Shown: in pieces, positions 53,775-63,531 of the stretch
Layout of the letters: each line of letters begins with the position of its first letter
Numbering within the stretch: the stretch's first letter is position 1
NCBI GenBank assembly: GCA_029263415.1
Contig: JAJCXN010000003.1
Coordinates: 3,514 to 67,513, forward strand
From: Acidobacteriota bacterium
GTDB lineage: Bacteria > Acidobacteriota > Thermoanaerobaculia > Multivoradales > Multivoraceae
Direction of reading: 5' to 3'
DNA: 64,000 nt
Notes under the pieces: generated by a model
What the model saw: only the letters and a program-made list of their open reading frames with translations
What the model was told of the DNA's origin: nothing
The model's database searches: none
Position numbers and translations under genes: made by a program

Positions 53775-56148
53775 CCAACGGGGCCATGTACCAGTCGACG
53801 GTCAGTGTTGGAGAGCGGTCCCAGAGTTCTTCTCGGCAGTTAACCCGGGGTCCCCGCCGCCACTCGCCTTGCTTGCGGACCTTCAATTCGAGCCTGAGGT
53901 AGCCTGGCTCCCCTTCCCTCGGAGTCCAACCGAAGAGGTTGGCGGTGTGTTCGGCTTGAGCCTTGTTGACGTTGTGTTCCCCCCAAAGATCAGGACGCGA
54001 AAAGGTCTGTAGAGTCGAGAGCTCCGGAGTGGTGCGTATGGAGACGACTCGGGAATCAAACTGCCGTCGCTGGGCTAGCGGTGCGACCTCGGGGTGCTCT
54101 CTCCAATTGGCATAGACCCGGGCGACGGTTGGCTTGTCGAGAATCAGCTTGGGGTTTCTGACCGTCTGGAAGAGTTCGCAGGAGAGGTTGTTGCCGAGGG
54201 CGAGATCGAAGTCGAGCGCGGTCCAGAACTCCCATTCGTACCAACCACTGCCATCGGAATCCTCCAGCGGCACAGAGTCCCGTGACCTGACTCCCTCTTC
54301 ACCGGCACGGACCTTCGCCGTATAGCGAACCCCTTCGAGCCACGGTTCGTCGGGGTGGAACCAAACGGTGGTCGGTCCGCGCACGAGCCGTCCCGGGACG
54401 GTGACCAACTCGCCGCCTCCCCGCGGCGGATAACCCACCTTAAACGTATCGAGATTCAGCGTGTCGGGATCGTACTCGTCGTCGAAGGTAATGCCCACCC
54501 TTGCTCGTTGCTGGATCTGTTGATCAACTGGTGGGAAGACAGACTTCACCCCAAACGTGGCGTCGCTACACGCATACATCACCAACCCGTCACGCGTGGC
54601 GGTCTCGAGGTTCAAGACGAAATCACCCGTCAGCCGGATGGTGCCAGCGGACGGAGTCGACGGATCCACGAGAGTCAGGTCGACCTTAGCCATCATGCGG
54701 TCGTGCGGCAGAATTGTTACATCGAGGGAGCCGCCCCCTTCGAAACCGAGCCGCTTCTCCACCCCGAAGGGTGATAGGGCAACTGGCGCACCCGCATTCG
54801 GTTGTTCCTCACGATCCCCGACTTGCACAAATCCGGCACCGGAAGCTCTTAGCCCTTCGTTGATCGCATCCGCCCATTCCTCGTCGCTGCGCTCGCCGGA
54901 TCCTTGTCCCTCCCCGTCAGCGCCCGAACCGGCCGACAACTGCCGTATTCGAGGTAGGGCGCGCTGCAAGGCACGGCTACCGAGACCCATCGATGCCTGG
55001 CCTGCCTGATCGTACGCGCGGAGGTATTCCTCCGCGTTTGGTTGGGCGCTTACCTGTGCATATCGGCTTTGCAGCTGGTAGCGAGCCCCTTCCTGTGGAA
55101 GGTATCCAATGTCAGCCATGAGTTGCAGCAGCCCAAGCTTGCGCGGATCCCAGGCCGTCATCACAAAGCGGCAGCTATTGCCTTTTCCGGGGCCCAGGAA
55201 AAGGCCTACAAAGGGGCGGATCTCGCCCCGGAAATCGGACTCTAGCGCTCCGCTGATGGTCCCCTGGAAGCCGCTCACAGCGGTCTCTGCCGCAACCTCG
55301 TCTTCCACCACGATCGGGTCTGGCCGCGACGGCGCGTCACCACGACCATGCACCACAACCTGGATCGTTTCAGTGCCCTCGGTTCGGTGCTCGTCGCGAA
55401 CTGTCAACTGCACAGGGTAGGTACCTGGGAGCAAGAACCGATGCCGAGCCTCGGGTTCTTCGGTGGTCGCGGTAGTACCGTCCCCGAAATCCCAGTGATA
55501 GCTCAGCTCCTCGTATTGCGCGTCGTAAACGTAAGCAGTGAATTCGAACGAGGCATCGGTATCTGCTAGTCGAAGTGCGGCTAGTTCCCAAATCTGCGGC
55601 GGCTGATTGCGCACCAAGATTTCGTGAGTAGCGCTCGCCACAATTGTCCCAGACACCGTCGACTTCATGTCGACTTGGATCGTAAAGGCTCCGTCCTGGT
55701 GGTAGCGATGTTGAGCGACGGTCCGTTCGCCGGTCGAGAAAATCTCTCCAGTGTCGCCGAAACTCCACAGAAACTCGACCTCGTCTTCCCATGTCGTCGG
55801 CATGACCCCACTCGGCACTTGCTCACCGTTGAAGTCGTACGTCTCCCAAGCCGCCTTGGGGTTGTAACCGGCAGGCCCCGTACGAAGTCGCAGAGCTCCG
55901 TAGACGACGCTCCAGGTAGACAATGTCTCCTCGTAGACCTCGCGGGAACCGAGTATTTCGAGACTCGGTTCCGGTGAGACACGCTGACCTAGGATTGGCA
56001 TCCCGGTGGCGATAGCGAGGATAGCCACCACCAGCCCGACCCGGAAGCCGCGAACACGCGAGGTAGTGCTGCGAGCCGAAGCTGGGCACCCCCGGACACT
56101 GATGTAGGGGACGGACATTGTGCTCCTTACCGGGTAGCAGGCTGCCAA
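53335..56148 (-). CDS. Large secreted PKD-domain protein (937 aa as listed). Likely continues into a metzincin-like C-terminal domain after a frameshift (see 53052-53774).
   Basis: Signal/TM segment near the N-terminus. PKD signature YHWDFGDGTTATTEEPEARHRF..GTYPVQLTVRDE and a further PKD-like block. Confidence 0.7.
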   Translation of the reverse strand: MAACYPVRSTMSVPYISVRGCPASARSTTSRVRGFRVGLVVAILAIATGMPILGQRVSPEPSLEILGSREVYEETLSTWSVVYGALRLRTGPAGYNPKAAWETYDFNGEQVPSGVMPTTWEDEVEFLWSFGDTGEIFSTGERTVAQHRYHQDGAFTIQVDMKSTVSGTIVASATHEILVRNQPPQIWELAALRLADTDASFEFTAYVYDAQYEELSYHWDFGDGTTATTEEPEARHRFLLPGTYPVQLTVRDEHRTEGTETIQVVVHGRGDAPSRPDPIVVEDEVAAETAVSGFQGTISGALESDFRGEIRPFVGLFLGPGKGNSCRFVMTAWDPRKLGLLQLMADIGYLPQEGARYQLQSRYAQVSAQPNAEEYLRAYDQAGQASMGLGSRALQRALPRIRQLSAGSGADGEGQGSGERSDEEWADAINEGLRASGAGFVQVGDREEQPNAGAPVALSPFGVEKRLGFEGGGSLDVTILPHDRMMAKVDLTLVDPSTPSAGTIRLTGDFVLNLETATRDGLVMYACSDATFGVKSVFPPVDQQIQQRARVGITFDDEYDPDTLNLDTFKVGYPPRGGGELVTVPGRLVRGPTTVWFHPDEPWLEGVRYTAKVRAGEEGVRSRDSVPLEDSDGSGWYEWEFWTALDFDLALGNNLSCELFQTVRNPKLILDKPTVARVYANWREHPEVAPLAQRRQFDSRVVSIRTTPELSTLQTFSRPDLWGEHNVNKAQAEHTANLFGWTPREGEPGYLRLELKVRKQGEWRRGPRVNCREELWDRSPTLTVDWYMAPLGDWAGGGHRHLIDVAQRIAAAAETYAWQLFPFADVRFRPGQFAARGSMDWETHLAGHCPDPAVDGCIPSALRSLYSSGSSADVVLYFAPAEVLGGRLETSRQRSCGWAPRDRGHGGGGRSGDDWLVHHGCRARDRPQFGTESQTRY

Positions 56149-56190
56149 GCCGAAAGAGCTTCAGCTTCATCGCCCCGCGCCGCCACGCCA

Positions 56191-56240
56191 CGACACGACA
56201 CGACCGACACGACCGACACGACCGACACGACCGACACGAG
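56191..56240. repeat. (CGACACGAC)x5 tandem repeat upstream of the PKD gene.
   Basis: Direct reading. Confidence 0.8.
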
Positions 56241-56447
56241 CTGAAACCGAAGGAGCAGTCGCGATCCCGGCTGTTACAGGGGCTCAGCTGATGAAAACCT
56301 GAGATAGAAGACCCTGCCCCTTCCCGGCAACGGCCTTTTCAATCGAACAGTGGAGGCGCATTCCAAGTATTCCTTGCGACACCGTTCAGCACAGACGTCA
56401 TCCAGCATGGACACATCGCCCTAGACACCTTTGCGATACTTCCGCGC

Positions 56448-58988
56448 ATGACCGCGACCCACAAGCACCGAACGACTCAACATCAGCGAACCACAACCTG
56501 GATATCCCCGCTCCGACTTCATCGCCGAGTGTGTCTTCTATCGCTCTGTGCCGCTGCCTCATGCGTCTTTGCTTGCGCACCGGGCGATACACCCACGCGC
56601 GCGGCCAAGGTCGTCCTGATCGGGATCGACGGATTCGATCCCGACATCGCGACGGCAATGATGGACGAGGGGCACCTGCCCACATTCGCCGCCTTGCGTA
56701 CAAACGGGACCTTTGGACGGCTGCGTTCACGAGAGCCACTCCTGTCGCCGCTCGTTTGGACCTCAATCGCGACCGGTCGCACCCCTCAAGATCACGGCAT
56801 TCTTGACTTCGTCGAGGGCACAGACAGTGGCGACCTTATCCCGATCACCAGCAGGCGACGTCAGGTACCAGCGCTGTGGAACATCTCAACCGCGGCGGGT
56901 CTCGTGACCGGCTTCCTGGGTTGGTACGCCACATTCCCAGCCGAGCAAGTGCGCGGGTTTCAGATCTCGGATCGAATCGGCTTTCATCAGGTGCGCTCAG
57001 CCACCGCGACAACGGGTGTGACCTTCCCTGAACCGCTTGCCGCCAAGCTCTCCAGCACCGTCGGGCAGGCGACGATCGACATCGAAACCACTCGCGATCT
57101 GTTCGTCGCAGCCAACGCAACCCTCAGCGCCGACGGCGCAGAGCGCATCGACAAACTGGCGCGGATCCATGCCACAGCCGAACTCTTTCGTCGCGCCACG
57201 CCAGAGCTGCTCGACACGTTCGATCCTGACCTATTCGGAATCTACTTCGAACTGGTGGATGCTTGTAGCCATCTGTTCATGGAAAACGCCGGCCCCAAGC
57301 GTCCTAGCACCAGCACACAAGACTCCAACGCCTTCGCCGGTACAGTCGCTCGGTGCTACCAGGTTCAAGACCAGATCCTGGGCTCGATACTAGCGTCCCT
57401 CGACAGCGACACCACCGTCATGGTCGTCTCAGATCATGGGTTCAAGAGTGGAGACGCAAGGCCCCTGACTTCCGGCCGTGCAGACACTGGAGTTGCCGGG
57501 CTTTGGCATCGCTTGGATGGGGTCTTGTTCATGCGTGGGCCAGGAATCAAACAAGGAGTGTCGATTACCGGCGCTGGCATCCTCGACATCGCACCGACAG
57601 TGCTGGCTCTTCTGGGCCTACCAGCATCCCCGACGATGACCGGTGCCGTGCTCCTCGATGCGTTTGACCAAGCGCCGAGCACCGACCGCCATGTCGACTA
57701 TCAGCGCATTCCTGCTCGGTCCCTGCCACGTAGCGAGGTTTCCAGCCACCTGGCAGGCGCCAACCAAGACGAAGCCGGGGCCACCGCCGACCAGGAGTGG
57801 ATTGCGAAACTGCAAGCGCTCGGCTACCTGAACGGTGGAGGTAATCCCGTCATAGGCCGAGACGGCCGAACGGCATCGTCTTACGTCAATGAAGGCACCA
57901 GCCTAGCCGTGGATGGCGAGGTCGACGCTGCCCTACGCGCCTACTCCACAGCTGCTTCCATAGATCCTGCAAATCCAATTGCCGCCGCCTTCGCAAGCCG
58001 TCTGTTGATCGATCGTGGTGACCTGGAGCAAGCGCAGAAGCTCCTCAGAAAGGCGGCACAAGAGAACCCTGAGAGCATCTTTGTCCATCTGGAGCTGGCG
58101 CGGTACCACATCGCTGTGGGGCGTTGGGGGCTGGCCGCTAACGAACTGGTCTTGGCCGAGTCGCTAGACTCGAACCTGGCTCAACTCCACCTCTCAAAAG
58201 CACGGTTGGCCAACGTCCAGGGCCTGAGCGCCCAGGCCCTCGTGGCGCTCGACGAGGCAGCACGGCTCTCCGATGCAGGCCCCATGCTTGCTGAAATCCT
58301 ATTGCTGCGCGCCAGGGTGGCCGCAGAAGCCGGTGAGTTAGACATGGCCTTTGCCAGTCTCGACCGTGCGCGAGCGCTGAAGGTTTCCCCAGAAGCACTG
58401 GCTCCGGCCGAGGCTGACATCGCCCTGAGCCAGGGCAACTTCGAGGAGGCCCTAAGGCTCCTGAGCTTCGCTCGTGAGAACTCCCCGGGCGACGTGACCG
58501 TGGCCCGAAAGTTGGCCCAGGCTCTGGCGGCTACCGGCAGTCCGACTGGAGCCCAAGAGCTTCTTTCCGGACTTCTCAGCTCATCCGTCAACGCGCTGTC
58601 GCCCTTGGATCGATCTTGGGTCACCGGCGATCTAGCTTTGATCTTCCAGGCGCGCGGTCAGGACTCGAGAGTCGTGAAGCTGCTCGAGTCAGCTCTCGAA
58701 CGGCGCGATATCGCGGTGCTCAACGAGGCGCCCCGGGCCGCCAATCTGCTGGCTCTACTGGGTGCGGCGCACGGCCGACTAGGTAACCTGCACGCCGCTC
58801 GGGATGCATACGAGCAGTCCGTTGCCCTAGAAGAACACCCGCTAGCGCTCAAGACGCTCGCTCTGCTGGTCAATCGGCTCGACGGTGACCGCGATCGTGC
58901 CGTAGCGCTACTCAAACGATCCCTACAACTGCTCCCGGGCCAACGTGATGTGGAGCAGCTACTTGCTGACCTAGGGCAGAGTCACTGA
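56448..58988 (+). CDS. Alkaline-phosphatase-superfamily (nucleotide pyrophosphatase/phosphodiesterase-like) lipoprotein with C-terminal TPR repeats.
   Basis: Lipobox-like ...AAASCVFAC. VVLIGIDGFDPD...FGRLRSREPLLSPLVWTSIATGRTPQDHGILDF matches the type I phosphodiesterase/AP-family metal-binding N-terminus. The C-terminal ~300 aa is Ala/Leu-rich TPR-like. Confidence 0.7.
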   Translation: MTATHKHRTTQHQRTTTWISPLRLHRRVCLLSLCAAASCVFACAPGDTPTRAAKVVLIGIDGFDPDIATAMMDEGHLPTFAALRTNGTFGRLRSREPLLSPLVWTSIATGRTPQDHGILDFVEGTDSGDLIPITSRRRQVPALWNISTAAGLVTGFLGWYATFPAEQVRGFQISDRIGFHQVRSATATTGVTFPEPLAAKLSSTVGQATIDIETTRDLFVAANATLSADGAERIDKLARIHATAELFRRATPELLDTFDPDLFGIYFELVDACSHLFMENAGPKRPSTSTQDSNAFAGTVARCYQVQDQILGSILASLDSDTTVMVVSDHGFKSGDARPLTSGRADTGVAGLWHRLDGVLFMRGPGIKQGVSITGAGILDIAPTVLALLGLPASPTMTGAVLLDAFDQAPSTDRHVDYQRIPARSLPRSEVSSHLAGANQDEAGATADQEWIAKLQALGYLNGGGNPVIGRDGRTASSYVNEGTSLAVDGEVDAALRAYSTAASIDPANPIAAAFASRLLIDRGDLEQAQKLLRKAAQENPESIFVHLELARYHIAVGRWGLAANELVLAESLDSNLAQLHLSKARLANVQGLSAQALVALDEAARLSDAGPMLAEILLLRARVAAEAGELDMAFASLDRARALKVSPEALAPAEADIALSQGNFEEALRLLSFARENSPGDVTVARKLAQALAATGSPTGAQELLSGLLSSSVNALSPLDRSWVTGDLALIFQARGQDSRVVKLLESALERRDIAVLNEAPRAANLLALLGAAHGRLGNLHAARDAYEQSVALEEHPLALKTLALLVNRLDGDRDRAVALLKRSLQLLPGQRDVEQLLADLGQSH

Positions 58989-59041
58989 ACAATGCGTACA
59001 ATATGCAACTCGTCGAAAACTCCGTGTGTCCACTCCCCCCG

Positions 59042-59059
59042 GAGGCGTGAAAGCGCCTC
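59042..59059 (+). terminator. Possible stem-loop (GAGGCG-TGAAAG-CGCCTC) after the AP-family gene; no U-tract.
   Basis: 6-bp perfect stem, 6-nt loop, 54 nt after the stop codon. Confidence 0.25.
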
Positions 59060-59095
59060 AACCTCTTGCACTCAAACTGAACTGGGATATCACCT

Positions 59096-62095
59096 TTGAA
59101 GAAAACCCTCATCACCACCGTTGCCTTAATATTCGCAGCATCCGCTGCCTGGGTTTTGCTTCAACAGCCAACCGATGAAGCGAGCAGAGCATTCGCCAAA
59201 GGCCAACCGATCAAGGCCGCCAAACACAAACAAAAGTTGCGGATGGCCGCCGCAGCGACCGGCGTTGATCTCTCAGAAGAAGGTGATCGGTCCTCGCTCG
59301 GCTACGCAAGCTGGTTCCGTGACCAACGCGTCTATCCTGCAGACAGCTACCCACGGGACGCGATGAAGAATGCCTTCGCTCACATCGCGGCCAACAACCT
59401 CGGCCGAGCAATTGCAAACGACGAAACCAGAACCTCGCGAGGGCTACCAAGAGCGGGTGGATCAACGACCTTTCCTTGGGAATTCATTGGGCCTTCGACC
59501 TTGCCCGATGGGCAAACCGACACTGATGGTTCAATCGGCTACCCGCTGTCGAACGTTAGCGGTAGAACTCAAGCGATCGCCGTGCACCCAGGGAACTCGG
59601 ACATTGTCTACGCTGGCGGCGCCCAAGGTGGGGTCTGGAAGACCACCAATGCCACCGCCGCAACTCCAGCGTGGACACCGCTGACCGACCAGGAGGCAAC
59701 GCTCGCCACCGGCTCCATCGCCATCGACCCCTCAAACCCCGACATCATCTACGTTGGTACAGGGGAACCGGCAGGCTCTTGCGATTCTTACTATGGTCAG
59801 GGCATTCTTCGCTCAACCGACGCAGGCGACACTTGGTCGTTACTGGCACAGCCAACGTTCCAGTTCAAGAGCATCTCCAAGATCTTGGTGGACCCGGCGT
59901 CAGCAGGCAGCACCACGACCACAACCGTCTTCGCGTCGGTTCGCGTAGGCCTGTTTAGTTCCGGCACATCACAGTGTGCCGCCGCATCCGGCGCGGTCAC
60001 AGGGGGGGTATACCGTTCGACCGATAGCGGCCAAACCTGGACGCTACTCAACGTGCCAACAGGTGTCGGCGGAACTCAGCAAGTCCATGACATGAGCTTT
60101 GGTGCCACCGGAGCAACGCTCTATGCTGCAGTCCGTGGCTTCGGCGCTCAGGATACTGCCGGAATCTGGAAGAGCACCAATGCCTTGAGCGCTACCCCAA
60201 CATTCACCCGGATGGCGAACGGCTACGCTCAGACTTCAAACGCGACACCCTCTAGCCCGGAGACACGACGCAGCAGAATGGCTGTTTGCGAGGGCACTCC
60301 AGACACCATCTACACCGCGGTCGAGGCTCTGGGAAGTACGCTTTGGGGCATGTTCAAGACCACGGATGGCGGTGCCAATTGGTCGCATATGGATGGTAGT
60401 GACAGTGGTACCGCCAACTACAGCTCAGGCAGTACCACGGTTAGTCGCCTGAGCGGCCCAAACTTCATCGCAAGCATGATCGGACAGCGGATCATTCTCG
60501 ACGGGCGGATGTCGCGCACCGTTGCCTCCATCACCAATATCAACACTCTCGAATTGACCAGCGGAACCGACGCTGCAGGCAGTGCAGATTCTTGGTCGGT
60601 CGCCAGCTACCCTAGCTTTTGTGACGGACAGTGCTTCTACAACCTGACGGCTGGCTGCGACCCAAGCGACTCCGACGTGCTCTACATCGGTGGCAACCCC
60701 AGAACCTTTGCGCAAGATCTTGGTGGCGTTGGCGTAGCGAATCGCCTCAGTGCCTGGCGATCGGATGACGGCGGCGATAGCTGGACTGGCATCTCGCACG
60801 GTGACAACGTCACCGGCGGCATCCATACCGATGTGCAATCAGTTGCCTTCGACAGTTCAACCAAACCAAGCAGGGTGTTCGTTGGCACCGACGGCGGCGT
60901 TTGGAGTTCTGACAACGAAGGTGGTTCTTGGAAGTCGATGAACACGGATCTGGCGATCACTCAGTTCCAAGGCGTGGCATTGCATCCGAGCGACACAGGC
61001 ATCGTGCTCGGTGGAACCCAAGACAACGGCACCAACATTCTCAGGACTGATCTCGAACCAGCTCCCGCGTTCTTTCACACGGACTTTGGTGACGGTGGCC
61101 AGGCCATTATTGACCAGGGTGACGGAGATCGGATGTTCCACACCTATTTCAACCAGACGAACGCTTTTCAAGGGCCAGCGCGAAGTACAACTGGAGGCGA
61201 CGATGGACCGGGCGGCTGGACCTTCGTCGGTGGCTACTTTGGTTATGGAGCTGCCTATCAGAACGGTTTCATCGCCGGTGATCCGGTCCTGTTTTACGCA
61301 CCGCTAGCGCAGTTCGAAGGTACAGATCCGAACCCGGTCTACTTTGGCACCAACAAGGTGTTCCGCTCGCCGGATCCCGCACCCGCGGTACCAGCGCCTC
61401 CGCTGCCCGGGAGCTGGACGGCAGTCAGCCCCAATATCAACTCTGGAGATCCAACCGAACGCGTCAGCTGGATCGAGGTCTTTCCTGCGCTGATCTCTGG
61501 AGATGAGGTGGTCTACGCTGGTGGTGCATTCGGGAGCCTGATGGTGGCGCCGGACATTGACGGCACCACCAGTGGGTGCCCCGGTGCTTGCACAAGTACG
61601 TGGAACCAGATCGCGGATGCGGCGGTGACGCCGAGTCGATTCGTGACCGACATCGAAGTCTCACGAGGCGACGCAACAGCCAATACAGCGTACGTGACCT
61701 TCTCGGGCTTCAACGCCAGTACGCCGGCAACGCCCGGGCATGTATTCAAGACCGTCGACGGCCTTGCAGGAACGCCCACCTGGATGGACATCTCCGGGAA
61801 CCTGCCAGACATTCCCGCTAATGCGATTGCGGTTGATCACACGACCAGCCCAGAGAAGCTATACGTTGGTACCGATATCGGTGTCTTCAGCAGCTCGAAT
61901 GGGGGCAGCACTTGGATCTATGAGAACCAGGGGCATCCAGCGGCTGCAGTTTTCGGCTTGGATCGCAGTTCGCTTACAGGTCAGCTGGTTTCATCAACCC
62001 ACGGTCGGGGAATGTTCGAGGCGAACCTCGACATCATATTCACCGACGGTTTCGAAAGTGGCAACACCTCAGTGTGGTCGAACGCCGTACCCTAG
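59096..62095 (+). CDS. Secreted BNR/Asp-box repeat protein (sialidase/glycosidase-like beta-propeller), 999 aa, carrying the C-terminal F.DGFE.G.T..W tag.
   Basis: TTG start. Signal peptide MKKTLITTVALIFAASAAWVLL. At least six S/T-x-D-x-G-x-T/S-W Asp-box repeats (RSTDAGDTWS, RSTDSGQTWT, KTTDGGANWS, RSDDGGDSWT, SSDNEGGSWK, SSSNGGSTWI). Ends ...IIFTDGFESGNTSVWSNAVP. Confidence 0.75.
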   Translation: MKKTLITTVALIFAASAAWVLLQQPTDEASRAFAKGQPIKAAKHKQKLRMAAAATGVDLSEEGDRSSLGYASWFRDQRVYPADSYPRDAMKNAFAHIAANNLGRAIANDETRTSRGLPRAGGSTTFPWEFIGPSTLPDGQTDTDGSIGYPLSNVSGRTQAIAVHPGNSDIVYAGGAQGGVWKTTNATAATPAWTPLTDQEATLATGSIAIDPSNPDIIYVGTGEPAGSCDSYYGQGILRSTDAGDTWSLLAQPTFQFKSISKILVDPASAGSTTTTTVFASVRVGLFSSGTSQCAAASGAVTGGVYRSTDSGQTWTLLNVPTGVGGTQQVHDMSFGATGATLYAAVRGFGAQDTAGIWKSTNALSATPTFTRMANGYAQTSNATPSSPETRRSRMAVCEGTPDTIYTAVEALGSTLWGMFKTTDGGANWSHMDGSDSGTANYSSGSTTVSRLSGPNFIASMIGQRIILDGRMSRTVASITNINTLELTSGTDAAGSADSWSVASYPSFCDGQCFYNLTAGCDPSDSDVLYIGGNPRTFAQDLGGVGVANRLSAWRSDDGGDSWTGISHGDNVTGGIHTDVQSVAFDSSTKPSRVFVGTDGGVWSSDNEGGSWKSMNTDLAITQFQGVALHPSDTGIVLGGTQDNGTNILRTDLEPAPAFFHTDFGDGGQAIIDQGDGDRMFHTYFNQTNAFQGPARSTTGGDDGPGGWTFVGGYFGYGAAYQNGFIAGDPVLFYAPLAQFEGTDPNPVYFGTNKVFRSPDPAPAVPAPPLPGSWTAVSPNINSGDPTERVSWIEVFPALISGDEVVYAGGAFGSLMVAPDIDGTTSGCPGACTSTWNQIADAAVTPSRFVTDIEVSRGDATANTAYVTFSGFNASTPATPGHVFKTVDGLAGTPTWMDISGNLPDIPANAIAVDHTTSPEKLYVGTDIGVFSSSNGGSTWIYENQGHPAAAVFGLDRSSLTGQLVSSTHGRGMFEANLDIIFTDGFESGNTSVWSNAVP

Positions 62096-62950
62096 AGCTG
62101 ACACTCGCCCCTGCGGACGATCTTGTGCCCAGGGCCTCGACCTTGCCTTCGAGCCCAGGGCGCCAACGTGAGACGAGTCGCGAGGGGTAGCGGCTAGGTG
62201 CACTCAACGGCTAGGTGCGCACAATTCTCTCTTGGCTACCCGTTTGGGGATGCGTTCTGGTGCCATCTTCAACGCTCGCCGAACTGGGACATAGCACCAA
62301 AAGGCGCTCCTCAAAACAGAAGTGTTGGCCGGCTAAGCGCACCACGGCGCCTCCGGTGACGATCAGCCTCTAGCCGCAATCCTGCTCGCTGAACAAACCT
62401 CTGCAGGTCTGTCTCCATCGACCGCACGGTCAGGATAGAAGTTCAGCACGAAGATACCGCGGTCTGAACACGCCTGCTACTGCTCGACCGCTTCTAACTC
62501 CGACGCCTTTGATTCCAGACCTCCCGATTCTCTAGTCTCGCCGTGACCTCCCACGGGTTATCGCAGCACCTGCGTCGGAGTCCATCTCAAACCGCACTCA
62601 GTGACCTGGCCGCCGTACTCAAGGGGCCCGCGAGCCCGCCAGGTTACGACCGCCACTTTGCGACGCGCGCTCCAACGGCGATCGAAACGCCAGTCGCCAG
62701 TCGCCAGTCGCTGGTCGCACGCCTCCGGCTTCGCCAGGCGCAGCCCCCGGTCAGCGTTTAGATGGCTAGTTTCCGCACCTCTCAGGGTAACAATCGCGCT
62801 CCCGCTGCTCCGCGGCAGAAAGAAAGTCGAAAGATCGCCTGTCCGTTCAGGCTGGATTCTCGCGCGAAGACAGTGCGACCGAATGCTCGAAGCCAAGATC
62901 TTCGATAACCAACACATCAGGCTCAAGTGAGCTACGAGGCCCTACATGCC

Positions 62951-63430
62951 ATGACGCTTTCACAGACAATCATCAAACCCGCCGTAGGGGTTGTATCCCT
63001 CTCCTTCCTTCTGGTGTTTGCGGCGGGCGCTGCGCATTCACAGACCTGCAGTGTGCCCGGAACCCACCTGTCGATCGAAGCCGCAGTCGACGACCTCTCT
63101 TGCCTCGAGATCGACCTGGAGGCCGAGACCTACCTTGAGTCCGTCGTCTTAGAGCGAACGTTGACCTTGCGGGGCCCGGCAGGTGAAGGAGCACAAACCC
63201 TGATTGAGGGCACTGTTGACGTCCGCACTGAAGGAACCGTGGTCACTCTGCGAGACCTAACGATCCAGAACAGCTGCACGCCTGCCGCATTTACTGTTTC
63301 TAGCGGCGCGCTGGTCGACGCACTGGATGTAGACATCGTGTCTGACGAAACAAGAGGCTGCCCGCAGCTCTTGTTCGCGGACGGCTTCGAGACCGGAGAT
63401 ACAACTGGATGGTCGCTGACTAACCCGTGA
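62951..63430 (+). CDS. Small secreted protein (~160 aa) carrying the C-terminal F.DGFE.G.T..W tag.
   Basis: ATG at 62951. Signal peptide MTLSQTIIKPAVGVVSLSFLLVFAAGAAHSQ. Ends ...QLLFADGFETGDTTGWSLTNP. Confidence 0.55.
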   Translation: MTLSQTIIKPAVGVVSLSFLLVFAAGAAHSQTCSVPGTHLSIEAAVDDLSCLEIDLEAETYLESVVLERTLTLRGPAGEGAQTLIEGTVDVRTEGTVVTLRDLTIQNSCTPAAFTVSSGALVDALDVDIVSDETRGCPQLLFADGFETGDTTGWSLTNP

Positions 63431-63531
63431 TCGGGCAAAGAAGGTACGAGATTCCGCGTCGATTGCACCTGCGGGGAAACCCTCAGGGGGCTTGCCATTT
63501 CGAATCACTACTTGAGACCTTTGGAGCAACC

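Noticed and set aside
62558-62930. Overlapping 109/122-aa ORFs in the 830-bp gap upstream of the small tagged protein.
   Set aside because: Opposite-strand ORFs overlap completely, and neither has a start context or motif. The region contains a (CCAGTCG)3 tandem and may be regulatory or non-coding RNA instead.
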